This document shows, one piece after another, positions 46,614 through 57,669 of a DNA stretch of 64,000 nucleotides. Numbering within the stretch: position 1 is the first letter of the stretch; each line of letters begins with the position of its first letter. The translations under genes were made by a program, and so were the position numbers. The stretch covers positions 4,256,001 through 4,320,000 of the forward strand of contig CBDCXR010000004.1 of NCBI GenBank assembly GCA_965223845.1. The letters run 5' to 3'. The notes under the pieces were generated by a model. The model was not told the DNA's origin. It ran no database searches and saw nothing but the letters and a program-made list of their open reading frames with translations. Origin of the DNA: Planctomycetota bacterium (GTDB lineage Bacteria; Planctomycetota; UBA8108; SXIK01).

Positions 46614-48026
46614 ATGTCTCGCATTCTCGTGATCCAGAGTTTATGGATCGTCGTTCTGTTCAATGCTCAGCTCGTTCGCGGCGAAAACGGCGACTCGGAC
46701 CCGCTCCCGCATCCGAAGAAATTCGATCCCACAAAATACCTCGGCAAGTGGTACGAAGCGGCGCGATTGCCGGCCGAGGGTCAGCCGGCGGATTCGCTTG
46801 CGACCGCCGAATACTCCCGTCCGGAGGACGGCGACTACGTGGCCGTCAAGAACACGGCGTTCCGTCGAGATGGCTCGGTCGTGGGAGCACTCCAGGGCAA
46901 AGCCCGCCTCGTGGAAGGTGGTGCTCCCGGCCGACTGGCAGTCAGCTTTGGCGGCGAAATTCCTGAGGAGCCGAACTACCACGTGCTCTTCGTCGACCGG
47001 AGGTATCGACACGCGGTAGTCGGAGCGGCCGATCGTAGCTCACTCTGGGTGCTCGCGCGGGAGGTGCCCGTTCGCGCGGGGAAACTCAATCGTCTAGTGG
47101 CGATCGCGAAGAAGGCGGGTTTCGAGACCGGAAAGCTGATCATCGCCGATTGGAGTCGCGCCGCGCCGCTCCCGCATCCAAAGAAGTTCGAGCCAGCTCG
47201 CTATCTCGGAAAGTGGTTTGAAGCGGCACGAATGCCGACCCCGGCCCAGAGCAAAGGGTCGCTGGCGACGGCCGAATACTCAGCCACAAAGAAGCCTGGG
47301 GAGGTGCGAGTTCGGAATACCGCGCTCAGCGCGCAAGGTGAGGTCTTGGGAACGATCGACGGCAAGGCCCGACAGATCGGCGACGGGCCGCCGGGACGAT
47401 TCGCGGTCACATTCGGTCCGACTTTCCCAACGAAGCCCAACTACTGCGTGCTTCACGTCGACAAAGAATACCGCCATGCCCTCGTTGGCACCCCGGATCG
47501 CAAATCCCTTTGGATCCTCGCGCGTGAGGTTCCCGTCGGCCGAAGGCCCCTCAAGAGACTCAAGGCCATCGGCGCGCGCTACGGCTTCGACATCGATCGC
47601 TTGATCCTCGGTGACTGGTCGGGAGTGAAGCTCGAGTCGAAGCGAGAGACGACGAAGCTGACCGCCGATGATCTCGTGGGGACGTGGACGTTCGAGAAGG
47701 GCGTTCGCGACGGCAGGAAGGTCGACGACAAACGTCTTCCCGATTGGAGCGTCCAAATCACGAAAGAGACCTTCACGCTCAAGACCTCGGTGACCTTCGT
47801 CATGAGCTACGAGCTCGACGCTCGACAAGACCCCGCCGCGATCGAGTTCAGGATCGACGAGGGGCCGTTCGGGAAGGGGTCGACCGCTCCGGGGATACTC
47901 CGCATCGCGCGAGGACGACTGACTGTCTGCTATCATCCCCGGGGCGGGGATCGACCGACCGAATTCGAGGCCGACGCCGGCAGCGGGCATTTCGCGTTCG
48001 TCCTCGTACGGAAAGACGCGGAATAG
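46614..48026 (+). CDS. Tandem lipocalin (Blc-like) x2 plus TIGR03067-like domain
   Basis: Two YLGKW[YF]EAAR...NY.VL.VD..YRHA.VG..DR.SLW.LAR units; C-terminal LVGTW...GI.....L.VCY...RPTEF. Confidence 0.85.
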   Translation: MSRILVIQSLWIVVLFNAQLVRGENGDSDPLPHPKKFDPTKYLGKWYEAARLPAEGQPADSLATAEYSRPEDGDYVAVKNTAFRRDGSVVGALQGKARLVEGGAPGRLAVSFGGEIPEEPNYHVLFVDRRYRHAVVGAADRSSLWVLAREVPVRAGKLNRLVAIAKKAGFETGKLIIADWSRAAPLPHPKKFEPARYLGKWFEAARMPTPAQSKGSLATAEYSATKKPGEVRVRNTALSAQGEVLGTIDGKARQIGDGPPGRFAVTFGPTFPTKPNYCVLHVDKEYRHALVGTPDRKSLWILAREVPVGRRPLKRLKAIGARYGFDIDRLILGDWSGVKLESKRETTKLTADDLVGTWTFEKGVRDGRKVDDKRLPDWSVQITKETFTLKTSVTFVMSYELDARQDPAAIEFRIDEGPFGKGSTAPGILRIARGRLTVCYHPRGGDRPTEFEADAGSGHFAFVLVRKDAE

Positions 48027-48119
48027 TCGGCGGCGACGTCGTGGGGTTATCGAGTGTCACGATGTAGCCGACTGCACTCTGCGCGGCTGCCGTCGGGGAG
48101 AGCCGAACGGACCATTCTC

Positions 48120-50741
48120 ATGTCAGGATTAAGAGCTGGGTTTATCGTGTGCGCCTGCCTTGTGGCCGCGCACTCCTCCGTAGTCTCGGCCGGCACCGAG
48201 GAGGAGCAGGGGCGAACCGGCAACATCGTCGAGTACTTCGGCCGGGACCGCGTCGATGTCGCTGAAGAGGGCGAGGTCGTTCACGTGTTTCGTGAAGGCC
48301 TCTTGCTCCCCGGAACTGGAATGCGCGGATCGCGCCAAGGCACGACTCCCGTCGATGCGGTGTTCTCCCGTTTCTTGTTCGATCCACCGCCCAAAGAACG
48401 GATCGCCGCCGGGGAGCCGTTCGATGCGGACGCGTTCGGCAGTCCGATCGTCTGGCAGACCATCAGCGCGGGAGAGAGAAGCACGTTCGAAGATCGCCGT
48501 CTACGCGGCGGGGTCTTGCACTTGAGCTACACGAGCGAGGTGGATCGAACGGTCTTGTTCGAGGCGTCCGGCCACACGCGAGTCTTGATCGACGGTCGAC
48601 CCCGCGAAGGCGACCATTATGACTACGGGTGGACCTTGATCCCGTTGCGGCTTCAAGCGGGGCGCCACGAGTTCGTCTTGCGCGGCGGACGATTCGGCCG
48701 GATGCGGGCGCGCCTGCTCGAGCCGTCGACACCGGTCCGGTTTACCCTGCGGGATCCGACTCTGCCGGACGTCCGGTTCGAGGATCGAGTTGAGCACTTG
48801 GGCGCCGTGCGAGTGATCAACGCCACGACTCAAGATTGGCGCGGCGGCAAGATCCTCTGCGAGGCTCGAGGGAAACTCGCCGAGAGCACACTTCCATCGA
48901 TCGCACGGCTGCACGTTCGAAAGGTGCCGTTTCGCATTCCGTACCCAGAAGACTTGAAGGAATCCGATGGCACAGTCGAGTACGACTTGAGCTTGGTCGA
49001 CGGCTCCGGAAAGACCGTCTCGACCGCGCGCATCGAGCTCGCGGTGCGTTCGAAGTTTCGCCATCACAAACGAACCTTCGTGAGTGACATCGACGGGAGC
49101 GTGCAGTACTTCAGCGTCGCGCCGGCGACGGATCGCGAGCTCGAACAACCCGCTCTTTTCCTCTCGGTCCACGGTGCCTCGGTCGAAGCGACCAACCAGG
49201 CGGCTGCGTACAAGCAGAAGACGTGGGGGCACCTCGTCGCGCCCACCAATCGTCGACCCTTCGGGTTCGCTTGGGAGGACTGGGGCCGACTCGACGCTCT
49301 CGAGGTGCTGGCTGAGGCCGAGAAGATCTACCGAACGGACCGCAGCCGAACGTACCTCACGGGTCACTCTATGGGCGGACACGGGACCTGGTATCTGGGC
49401 GCGACGTACCCCGGTCGCTTCGCCGCGATCGCCCCGTGCGCCGGCTACCCCGACCTGCTCGAATATCGCGGTGGTTTCCTCAAGCGGATCGAAACGCTCT
49501 CCGCCGAGCAGCGGAAGCGATTCGGGGTGACGGACCGACTCATCGCGCGCCTCCGCAGGGCGAACGAGGCCTCGACTCCCTTCGACGAGATCGTCGCGCG
49601 AGCCGGCAACTCGAGTCGAACGCTGAAGTTGATCGACAACTACGCTCAGCTCGGCGTCTACGTTCTCCACGGCGAGAAGGACACGGTCGTTCCGACGGAC
49701 ATCGCCCGCGACATGCGAAAGCGGCTCGGGGAGTTCCACCGCGATTTCGCGTACTACGAGTACCCCGGCGGCTCGCACTGGTACGGGAATCACAGCGTCG
49801 ATTGGGGACCGATCTTCGATTTCTTTGAAGCGAGAACGCTGCAAGCCTCGCGGGAGATCGGCCGCCTCGCGTTTCGCACTGCGTCGCCGGGCGTTTCCGC
49901 TCGGAACCGATTCCTCACCGTCGTCCAGCAGGAGACGCTTTCGGAGATCAGCTCGGTCGATTTCGAACGAGAAAAAGATGGGGCGACCGTTACTACCGAA
50001 AACGTGAGTGTCCTAGCTCTCGACATCGAGGACATGGGGCTCGATTCCGAACAGAGCCTGGAGGTCGACGGCCAGTCGATGGAGTTCTCGACGGAGGACA
50101 CGAAGCTCTACGTCTCGAAAAAGGACGAGAAATGGACGCGCCTCGAAGGGGCTCCACGGCTGCGCGAGAAGGGACCGCATCGAAACGGTGGTTTCAAGGA
50201 CGCGTTTCGCAATCGCGTCGTGTTGATCTACGCGACGAACGGCACGCCGCTCGAGAACGAGTGGTACTACAATCGAGCCCGGTTCGACGCCGAGAAGTTC
50301 TGGTACCGAGGGAACGGCAGTGTGGACCTCATCGCCGACAACGAGTTCGACCCGAGCGAGCATCCGAACCGCAATGTCGTTCTCTACGGGAACGCGACGA
50401 ACAATCGCACGTGGGAGAAGCTGCTCAAGGACTGCCCGCTCCAGGTGAGAGAGGGCGCACTCCATCTCGGCGAGATTCGCTTGGACGGTACTTCATGGGG
50501 TGCGTACTTCGTGTACCCGCGACCCGATTCGGACACCGCGACCATCGGCGTTGTCACGGCCTCCGGCGCAGAGGGAATGAAGGCGGCCTACGCCAACCAC
50601 TACCTAGTGAACGGAACGAACTTCGCGGATGTCATGATCTTCGACGACAGGTTCCTCACGTACGGAGCGCAGGCCCTCAAGTGCGTCGGCTTCTGGGGGA
50701 ACGACTGGAGCGTATCTGCGGGTGACTTCGTGTGGCGATGA
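48120..50741 (+). CDS. Secreted alpha/beta hydrolase (esterase/S9-like)
   Basis: LSVHGA, GHSMGG nucleophile motif, HGEKDTVV, HW. Confidence 0.85.
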   Translation: MSGLRAGFIVCACLVAAHSSVVSAGTEEEQGRTGNIVEYFGRDRVDVAEEGEVVHVFREGLLLPGTGMRGSRQGTTPVDAVFSRFLFDPPPKERIAAGEPFDADAFGSPIVWQTISAGERSTFEDRRLRGGVLHLSYTSEVDRTVLFEASGHTRVLIDGRPREGDHYDYGWTLIPLRLQAGRHEFVLRGGRFGRMRARLLEPSTPVRFTLRDPTLPDVRFEDRVEHLGAVRVINATTQDWRGGKILCEARGKLAESTLPSIARLHVRKVPFRIPYPEDLKESDGTVEYDLSLVDGSGKTVSTARIELAVRSKFRHHKRTFVSDIDGSVQYFSVAPATDRELEQPALFLSVHGASVEATNQAAAYKQKTWGHLVAPTNRRPFGFAWEDWGRLDALEVLAEAEKIYRTDRSRTYLTGHSMGGHGTWYLGATYPGRFAAIAPCAGYPDLLEYRGGFLKRIETLSAEQRKRFGVTDRLIARLRRANEASTPFDEIVARAGNSSRTLKLIDNYAQLGVYVLHGEKDTVVPTDIARDMRKRLGEFHRDFAYYEYPGGSHWYGNHSVDWGPIFDFFEARTLQASREIGRLAFRTASPGVSARNRFLTVVQQETLSEISSVDFEREKDGATVTTENVSVLALDIEDMGLDSEQSLEVDGQSMEFSTEDTKLYVSKKDEKWTRLEGAPRLREKGPHRNGGFKDAFRNRVVLIYATNGTPLENEWYYNRARFDAEKFWYRGNGSVDLIADNEFDPSEHPNRNVVLYGNATNNRTWEKLLKDCPLQVREGALHLGEIRLDGTSWGAYFVYPRPDSDTATIGVVTASGAEGMKAAYANHYLVNGTNFADVMIFDDRFLTYGAQALKCVGFWGNDWSVSAGDFVWR

Positions 50742-51097
50742 CCGAACCCGTCGATTCGGGCTGCGACTCTAGCTGCGCCGCAGGGCGGTGGGAAGTTCGA
50801 GCGTTTCTTGAAGCTAGTGTCTCCCAGCTCGTTCGTCGAGAGCTGGGTCCGGTCACGTTTGCGCACCCAAGATGCCGAGTCTCGGCAAAATGACTCTCAC
50901 TCCCCCCTCTCAGCTCCGGGAGCAGCGACACCGCTGTTCAGTCGAGCGAGGCTGAACACAGGGCGTCGGTCCGGCGGAGGCGCCGACTCTCCTGTCTCGT
51001 GAGCGTGCTTCGTTTCCCCTCGAGAATCGTGTTCCATTTGGCAGCCGAGCACGGCGCCGGCAGCTTTGAGGCGGCTCGGGGAGCGAACCCGAATTCG

Positions 51098-53491
51098 TCA
51101 GCGCCTCCGAAACAGATTCGATAGCACGAGCTCGCGAACGAGGCTCCGCAGGCGATAGTCGTCCGCCTCTGCCGCGGCGGCGATCGAACGGAGACGCTCT
51201 CGGTCGTCGACCGTCATCACTCGCCTCAGAGCGTAAGTAGCGAGCTGCTCCAAGAACGCTTCGGCCAAACGACCGTCATCTTCTGAGAGAAGCTGTTTGA
51301 ATTCTTCCGGGCCGGAGAAGCTGCGTCCATCGGGCAGCTTGCCCGACGCGTCGACACGCGGATTCTCGCCAACGCCTCCTTGAACGCGCTCCGTTTCTCG
51401 CCAGCGACCGATCGCGTCGAAGTTCTCGAACGCGAGTCCGAGCGGATCGATCTTCGCGTGACAGGAAACGCAATTGGGAGTCGTCGCGTGCGCCTCGAGC
51501 TGAGAGCGGATCGTCGTCTTCGGCTGATCGGTTTTGACGGGTTCCAACGGTTCGACGTTCGGCGGGGGCGGAGGTGGTGAGCGAGCGAGGATCGCTTCGG
51601 AAAGCCAGGCGCCTCGGTGGACCGGCCGATGGCGAGTTCCATCCGAGGTCAACGACAGGATGGATCCATGAGTCAGTATGCCGCCGCGGCGAGACTCCGG
51701 GCCGAGCTCCACCCGCGAGAGTTTCGACTCTTTCGGAGCTGGGAGACGATAGTGAAGAGCGAGTCTCGAATTGAGCATCGTCCAGTTCGAGTGTGCGATC
51801 TCGCTGAGCGGTAGATTCTTCCTGAACATTTCGGCGAAGTAGGCCGTAGTCTCCATCACCATGCTCTCTTCGAGCCAAGGGTCGTACTTCGGGTAGAGGC
51901 TCGGATCGGGCTGAAACATGCCCACGCGATGGAGCTGGAGCCACTGTTTCGGGAAAGAGTCGAGGAACCGCTCGATCTTCCGGTCCGCGATCATTCGGTC
52001 GAATTCGGCCGCGAGGCTCTCGGAAGAAACGAGCGCCCCCTTTCGCGCCGCAGCGAAGAGCGGCTCGTCCGGCATGGAGCTCCAGAGAAAGAACGAGAGC
52101 CGACTGGCGAGCTCGAAGTCGCTCACGCGTTCACGGTCTTCGCCCGGAGATCCCTCCGCGAGATGAAAGAAGCTGCGAGCGACGAGCATGCTCGAGAGAG
52201 CCGACCGATACGCCGAGCGAAATCCCTCTCCCGCGTCCCGCTCGGCGGCCACGAACCGAACGTAGCGCTCGATCTCATCGTCAGACACCGGTCTGCGCCA
52301 CGCCCGTTCGCCGAATCGACGGAGGGAGGCCAGTACGTCGTTCGGATCCTCCCCGTTCGAAGGGAACAGTCCTCGCCGTTTCGCGCGATCGGCTTCGGTG
52401 GTGAGCGGCCCTTCGATCTCGGCCCAATCGACGAGCAACAAGGGCATCACGGGCCTGCCTTCCTCATCGACGATCTTCGTCCGAAAGGAGTTGTAGCCTC
52501 CTCGAAGGGACGATACGGGGCTCCCGGCGTCGATCCGTTCGTTTCTGAACAGCTTGTAGGCCCCGTTGGGATGCTTCTGTGATCGAGCGTGATTGCGAAT
52601 CGCGTAGCCACCAGCCGGAAACAGCCCTTCGAACACGATCGTTTCGGGAGCATCATCGGAAGTCGTCAAGTCGACCCCGAAGAACGATCTCTTGTGATGC
52701 GTGTGCCACAGCGACAAGCGCGGTACCCGACCGGAGAACGCCCGAAGACCGCACGCGCGGATCCTGATTCGATAGCGCCCCGGTCGGTCGAGGTGAGCGA
52801 AGTTCCACCCTTCACCGAGCTGAAGGAGAAGACGCTTTCCTTCGCCGTGATCCCGCCGGACGGTTTTCGAAGTCGGCTCCGTTTCCGGAAAGGCGAGCTC
52901 GACGACAGCATCCGCGGCGTCTAGGTAGCGTTCGATGTGCGACGGAGCGACGGAGAGAAGAGCGCCGATGCGGTCGAAGCCTCGCCAACGAGGGTCTTCG
53001 CTGAACGCCCCCGGCGCGTCGACGTCGTACACGACGCCGAGAAGGTCGTAGATCGTATGGGCGTACTCCGCGCGGCTGAGACGATAGTGCTCCACCGGAC
53101 CGCGCTTCGCCATAAGGGCTGCCGCCCCTTCGCGAATCCTCGTCGTGAGAACCTCGACGATCCGCCCGATCTCCTCTGCGCTCGGCTGAGGCTCCTTGGG
53201 CGGTGGCATCTCGCCGGCGTTGATGCGAAACACGACCTCGTTCCATTTCTCCGCCACCTGCGCATCCGCGAAATCGACCGCAAGGGTGTCGAGGCGAAAC
53301 CTACCCTTCTGGGTGGTACGCCCGTGGCAACGGACGCAGTGAGATTCGAAGAAGGGACCGAGCGTTTGATCCGCCATCACTTCGCCGGTCGCGATCCTCG
53401 CCGAGGCACAGAAGGATGCGAGGACGAGAGCGGTGCGCAAAGCGGACACCGGCGCGGCGGACCGGAGTGACGCTCGCAGCGAGAACACCAT
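51098..53491 (-). CDS. DUF1592-family planctomycete cytochrome c protein
   Basis: CVRCH and CVSCH; RLSRAEY, RLSFFLWSSMPD, RPVHRG, FENFDAIGRWR. Confidence 0.9.
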   Translation of the reverse strand: MVFSLRASLRSAAPVSALRTALVLASFCASARIATGEVMADQTLGPFFESHCVRCHGRTTQKGRFRLDTLAVDFADAQVAEKWNEVVFRINAGEMPPPKEPQPSAEEIGRIVEVLTTRIREGAAALMAKRGPVEHYRLSRAEYAHTIYDLLGVVYDVDAPGAFSEDPRWRGFDRIGALLSVAPSHIERYLDAADAVVELAFPETEPTSKTVRRDHGEGKRLLLQLGEGWNFAHLDRPGRYRIRIRACGLRAFSGRVPRLSLWHTHHKRSFFGVDLTTSDDAPETIVFEGLFPAGGYAIRNHARSQKHPNGAYKLFRNERIDAGSPVSSLRGGYNSFRTKIVDEEGRPVMPLLLVDWAEIEGPLTTEADRAKRRGLFPSNGEDPNDVLASLRRFGERAWRRPVSDDEIERYVRFVAAERDAGEGFRSAYRSALSSMLVARSFFHLAEGSPGEDRERVSDFELASRLSFFLWSSMPDEPLFAAARKGALVSSESLAAEFDRMIADRKIERFLDSFPKQWLQLHRVGMFQPDPSLYPKYDPWLEESMVMETTAYFAEMFRKNLPLSEIAHSNWTMLNSRLALHYRLPAPKESKLSRVELGPESRRGGILTHGSILSLTSDGTRHRPVHRGAWLSEAILARSPPPPPPNVEPLEPVKTDQPKTTIRSQLEAHATTPNCVSCHAKIDPLGLAFENFDAIGRWRETERVQGGVGENPRVDASGKLPDGRSFSGPEEFKQLLSEDDGRLAEAFLEQLATYALRRVMTVDDRERLRSIAAAAEADDYRLRSLVRELVLSNLFRRR

Positions 53492-53517
53492 CGCCAGGCT
53501 CTTCGATCCGGGACCCC

Positions 53518-54750
53518 TCACGGCAGAATCATCTTCTTCGAACGCTCGAGGTCTTCGGGAGACATGATCCACTCATCGTGTGCGAGCAGAACGTAGGTCC
53601 AGGGGCCCTTGATTCGGACGATGCGGCCGGGACGAAACCCATCGAGCATCCGCCCGACGTTCAGTCGCACCTGAAATCCGCTGCTCCCGGGCGGCGGGTT
53701 CTCCGATTCTCTCCACTCGAGCAAGTCGCTCGGCGCAGAGTACTCCTGGTGGTAGCTCCAAGTGCGCAAGGTGGTCTCTGCATTGCAGATCTTGATCGTC
53801 CTCTTCTTCATGCGACGGATATCTTCATAGAGCGAGGGGTCCATGCCGCCGAAGAGAGTGACCGTGACCTCACCACCACCGATGTCGTAGTTCTTCACCG
53901 AGTCGACCCAACCGGGCAAGAACCGCGAACGAATGAGGCGGAGGTGTCGCTGGCGCTGAATTTCGGTGAAAGCTGCGAGGCTCGCCTCGTCGAGCCAGAT
54001 GTCGGTTGCGGCGTGACTCCCGAACGGGCCCCATGTCAGATTGAGCTGAATCTCTCGACCGGATTCGAGCTCCTCCATTCCGACGAGCGCGCGGCTCTTC
54101 CAGATCCGAGTGGACGCGTCGATGTTGAACCGCGTCGGCTTGTTGATCCCTCCTTCGATCTCCGGACCGAGGGGCTCGACCGAGAGCTTGAGGAGTTTGG
54201 CCGGTCCCGTGCCCTGCTCGATGCCGACGACCTTCCACGACCGTCCCCGACGGGAATAAAAGCTGACGGCATCTTCGAGCAGGATCGCGTGGTTGTACTT
54301 CGCCGAGGGATTCCGCTTGAGCTGTTCGTCCGAAATTCGCGGAATCGTGTCCTCTTCCCCTTCGAGCGGGAGCAGAAACTGCCCGTGCACGTGCGTGCCG
54401 AGCGGCAGATCACGCACATCGGCGGGGGCTCCGTGGTACCGCACCACCCCGTAGGGAAGCATGGCGAAATAGTGCCGCTGTGCGTTGTCACCCTGCCGAA
54501 TCCCTCCGCGTCGATTCATCGGATCGCTGACGACGAGATCGCCGGCGAGGTGGACCCCCGCTCCGGCGGGAGGAAAGATCCCACGCTTCGGGACGTAGTC
54601 GCGGAGCGCCTCGGTCGAAAGCGCACCGGGCAGTGAATCCGCCTCGCCGGCGACTCCGCTCGACCCGACAACGATCAAGGAGAAGAGGATCGTCGCCGCG
54701 AGCGCGTGGATGCGCTCGGCAAGCTCCGCCGCGGACGTCGACCCGTTCAC
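53518..54750 (-). CDS. Secreted hypothetical protein between DUF1552 and DUF1592
   Basis: GTGA overlap with the DUF1552 gene; signal peptide; no family recognised. Confidence 0.75.
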   Translation of the reverse strand: MNGSTSAAELAERIHALAATILFSLIVVGSSGVAGEADSLPGALSTEALRDYVPKRGIFPPAGAGVHLAGDLVVSDPMNRRGGIRQGDNAQRHYFAMLPYGVVRYHGAPADVRDLPLGTHVHGQFLLPLEGEEDTIPRISDEQLKRNPSAKYNHAILLEDAVSFYSRRGRSWKVVGIEQGTGPAKLLKLSVEPLGPEIEGGINKPTRFNIDASTRIWKSRALVGMEELESGREIQLNLTWGPFGSHAATDIWLDEASLAAFTEIQRQRHLRLIRSRFLPGWVDSVKNYDIGGGEVTVTLFGGMDPSLYEDIRRMKKRTIKICNAETTLRTWSYHQEYSAPSDLLEWRESENPPPGSSGFQVRLNVGRMLDGFRPGRIVRIKGPWTYVLLAHDEWIMSPEDLERSKKMILP

Positions 54751-56099
54751 GCGAGGATCTCCGAGATCACACCGTTCGAATCGGCAAACCTCTCGGTCGC
54801 TACGCCCATCCTCTGTGCGATGGTGAGCAGGAGATTGCTGAAGTGAGCCTCGGTGTTCACCGGGCTGTGGTAGACGCTCACTCCTTCGCCGTAGCCCTTG
54901 AATCCGCGGACCGTCTGATTGAAATCGACGTGAGCCCCGTGCTTGAGACCGAGACTAGCACCGCCCGCGAGCACGAGCGGTAGACTGGTGGTTCCGTGGC
55001 TGTTTCCGTACGAGAGGCCGCTCCCGTAGAGAGACACCGTCGTCTCGATCAGAGCTTCGTCGCCATCGCGAACGTCGGACAGTCGATCGAGAAAGTACGC
55101 GAACTGCTGTACGTTGAAGACATCGCTGCGCGTAAGCTGCTCGAGCGTGTCCCGATTGCCGTTGTGATGCGAAAGCGAGTGCCGGTCGCGATTGATTCCG
55201 ATTTCCGGTACGGACGGTCCCGTGCCTTCGTTTCCCGTGTTAAAGGTAACGACGCGAGTCACGTCGGTCTCGAACGCGAGCACGATGATGTCGTAGACTG
55301 TTCGCAGGTACTCGCCCAGCCGCTCGAGCGGGACGTCGCGATTGAGCTTCGCGCCGACGCCCGGGTCGATCTTCGGCCTCGGAGTATCGAGCCAGGCTTC
55401 GGCCCTCTTCGCGCGGATCTCGACTTCGCGAACCGAGACCAGATACTGCTCGAGCCGCCCCCGATCGTCCGTTCCGAGCCTCCGAGCGAGAGACTTCGCA
55501 TCGCCCAGAACGAGGTCGAGCACGCTCTTCTTTCGACGGAGCCCCCGGCGCTGGCTCTCGACTCCCCCGCGCGGCTCGGCGAATAGATCCTGGAACACCA
55601 CCGCCGGACTCTTCCGAGCGGGAAGCGAAATGCCGTCAGCGCTCACCGCCAAGGTGTGTCCCTGATTGCTGACTTCGAGCGACGGATACCGAGTTTCCGG
55701 CGCCGTGACCGCCGCGATGAGCTGATCAACCGAGATCGAATTGCGATCCGTTGGGCCGTGCTTCGCCCCGGTGAGCCAGGTCTGAGTCGCACTGTGCGCG
55801 ATGCCGAACGCATTCGGGTGAAAGAGCCCGGAAATCGGGCTGATTCTCGCGCGGTGCTTCTGAAGCGGCGAGAGGATGCGCGAAAGCTCGTAGTCGGATC
55901 CCGCCTTCGGCATCTCGTAGTCATTCGTATTGACGCCGTTCGGCAGGTAGATGAATACGCTGCGGCGCGGCCGAGCGACGCTCGCAGCCGCGCGCAGTGG
56001 GCGCATGCAATCGAGGAACGGGAGGGCCAGTGACACACCGAGCCCACGCAGAAAATGGCGCCGATCGAGGAGCCAGTTCTGAGACAGATAGTTCGCCAT
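54747..56099 (-). CDS. DUF1552 domain protein (Tat signal)
   Basis: DRRHFLRGLG.SLALP, YLPNG, SVDQLIA, YPSLE. Confidence 0.9.
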   Translation of the reverse strand: MANYLSQNWLLDRRHFLRGLGVSLALPFLDCMRPLRAAASVARPRRSVFIYLPNGVNTNDYEMPKAGSDYELSRILSPLQKHRARISPISGLFHPNAFGIAHSATQTWLTGAKHGPTDRNSISVDQLIAAVTAPETRYPSLEVSNQGHTLAVSADGISLPARKSPAVVFQDLFAEPRGGVESQRRGLRRKKSVLDLVLGDAKSLARRLGTDDRGRLEQYLVSVREVEIRAKRAEAWLDTPRPKIDPGVGAKLNRDVPLERLGEYLRTVYDIIVLAFETDVTRVVTFNTGNEGTGPSVPEIGINRDRHSLSHHNGNRDTLEQLTRSDVFNVQQFAYFLDRLSDVRDGDEALIETTVSLYGSGLSYGNSHGTTSLPLVLAGGASLGLKHGAHVDFNQTVRGFKGYGEGVSVYHSPVNTEAHFSNLLLTIAQRMGVATERFADSNGVISEILA

Positions 56100-56243
56100 G
56101 TGGGGATCCCTCGCGCCTCTGCGTCTCGCCGTTAGGATGCGAATTGCACCGCTCTGGGCACGCTCATCCTACAGAGCGAGCGGTGAAGGGGAAATCGAGC
56201 ACTCCGAGAATCAGGCGTCTCGACTCCGGCGACCCGACCGCGT

Positions 56244-57668
56244 TCACCTCTCCTGAATGTCTCTGAGCCGGGTCTCGCCGGCCGGACGTGTGTGCCGTCG
56301 CATCTCTTCCTGGAAGAGAACCGCCATCCCGCGGAGCTTGCGAACGACTTGGCGATCGAAGACGGGTTTCCGCTCGCCGGGGTCGTTCTTCAAGTGGTAG
56401 AGCGTTGGCGCCGGGTTGAGGAAGAGCTTCCACGGCCCGGACCGAACGGCGGCGAGCGCACCGTGGCTCCCGTGATAGAAGAACGCGTTCTGGTACTCGA
56501 CGCGGTCGACGATCCTCGCCCACTCCCCGGGCGGATTCCACGGACGGCGTAGCGGCAAGCTCGAATTCAGCGAACCGGCCGCGGGGAGAGGAATCGTGTC
56601 GGTCTTTCCCGTGAGAAGATCGCTTAGATCACGACCATCGAGGATTGGACCGGACGGCACCTCGATTCCGGCGAGCGTGGCGAGCGTCGGGTACCAATCC
56701 ATCGCGTTGACCACCGCGTCGCTTTCGTGTCCCGCGCGGATTCCTCGGCCGGGTCCCCAAGCGATGGCCGGAACGCGGATGCCGCCCTCGAACGTCGACA
56801 GCTTTCGCCCTCTGAGCGGCTGCTTCGCGTTCCGGCCCGGACCGCGCCCGTTGTCGGAGGCGTAGACGACGACCGTGTTCTCCGCGAGATTCAGCTCTCC
56901 GAGTCGATCCAAGAGGCGACCGGTGTGGTGATCGAGCTCCTGAATCGCATCGCCGTACTCACCCCACTCGGACGATCCCTTAAACTCACCGCTTACACCA
57001 AGCGGGTTGTGGAGCATGGTGTGCGCGAGGTAAAGAAAGAAACGCCGCTCCTTCTTTTCTTCGATGAAGGCAATCGCTTCGTCCGTGTAGCGACGCGTCA
57101 GCTCAGCCGGATCGGCGGGCCGCTTGACCACGTCGCCGTTTCGGATCAGCGGCACACCACCTTCATCCTTGAAGTAAACGGTCTCGACGTCGTCGAGATT
57201 GTGGAGAAGTCCGAAGTAGTGGTCGAATCCCTGACTTCGCGGAAGGAACGGTTCGCGGAAACCGAGGTGCCACTTCCCGATGCACGCGGTCGCGTAGCCG
57301 TTCGCCCGAAAGAGCTCGGCGAGAGTGAGCTCGTCCGGGTGGATGCCCGTCACCGAGTCGGCGCGATGGACCCAGGTCGCGTTTCCGATCCGGCGCGGGT
57401 AACAGCCCGTGAGAAGTCCCGCGCGGGACGGACTGCAGATCGGCGCCGCCGCGTAGTAGTCGGTGAATCGGATCCCGCTCGCCGCGAGGCCGTCGATGCG
57501 CGGAGTCTTCACCTCGGTCGCGCCGTAGCAGCCGAGATCGTAGTACCCTTGGTCGTCGACGAGGATGAAGATCACGTTCGGTCGATCGTTCGCCGCCGAG
57601 GACGTCGTGAGTAGGAGCACCGCAGCCGGGACGGCGAGCGCGCGCAGCAGTCCGATTCTCTCGTGCAT
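56244..57668 (-). CDS. Sulfatase (formylglycine-dependent, family S1)
   Basis: PNVIFILVDD, CSPSRAGLLTG, GKWHLG, SDNG, EGGIRVP. Confidence 0.95.
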   Translation of the reverse strand: MHERIGLLRALAVPAAVLLLTTSSAANDRPNVIFILVDDQGYYDLGCYGATEVKTPRIDGLAASGIRFTDYYAAAPICSPSRAGLLTGCYPRRIGNATWVHRADSVTGIHPDELTLAELFRANGYATACIGKWHLGFREPFLPRSQGFDHYFGLLHNLDDVETVYFKDEGGVPLIRNGDVVKRPADPAELTRRYTDEAIAFIEEKKERRFFLYLAHTMLHNPLGVSGEFKGSSEWGEYGDAIQELDHHTGRLLDRLGELNLAENTVVVYASDNGRGPGRNAKQPLRGRKLSTFEGGIRVPAIAWGPGRGIRAGHESDAVVNAMDWYPTLATLAGIEVPSGPILDGRDLSDLLTGKTDTIPLPAAGSLNSSLPLRRPWNPPGEWARIVDRVEYQNAFFYHGSHGALAAVRSGPWKLFLNPAPTLYHLKNDPGERKPVFDRQVVRKLRGMAVLFQEEMRRHTRPAGETRLRDIQER

Positions 57669-57669
57669 G

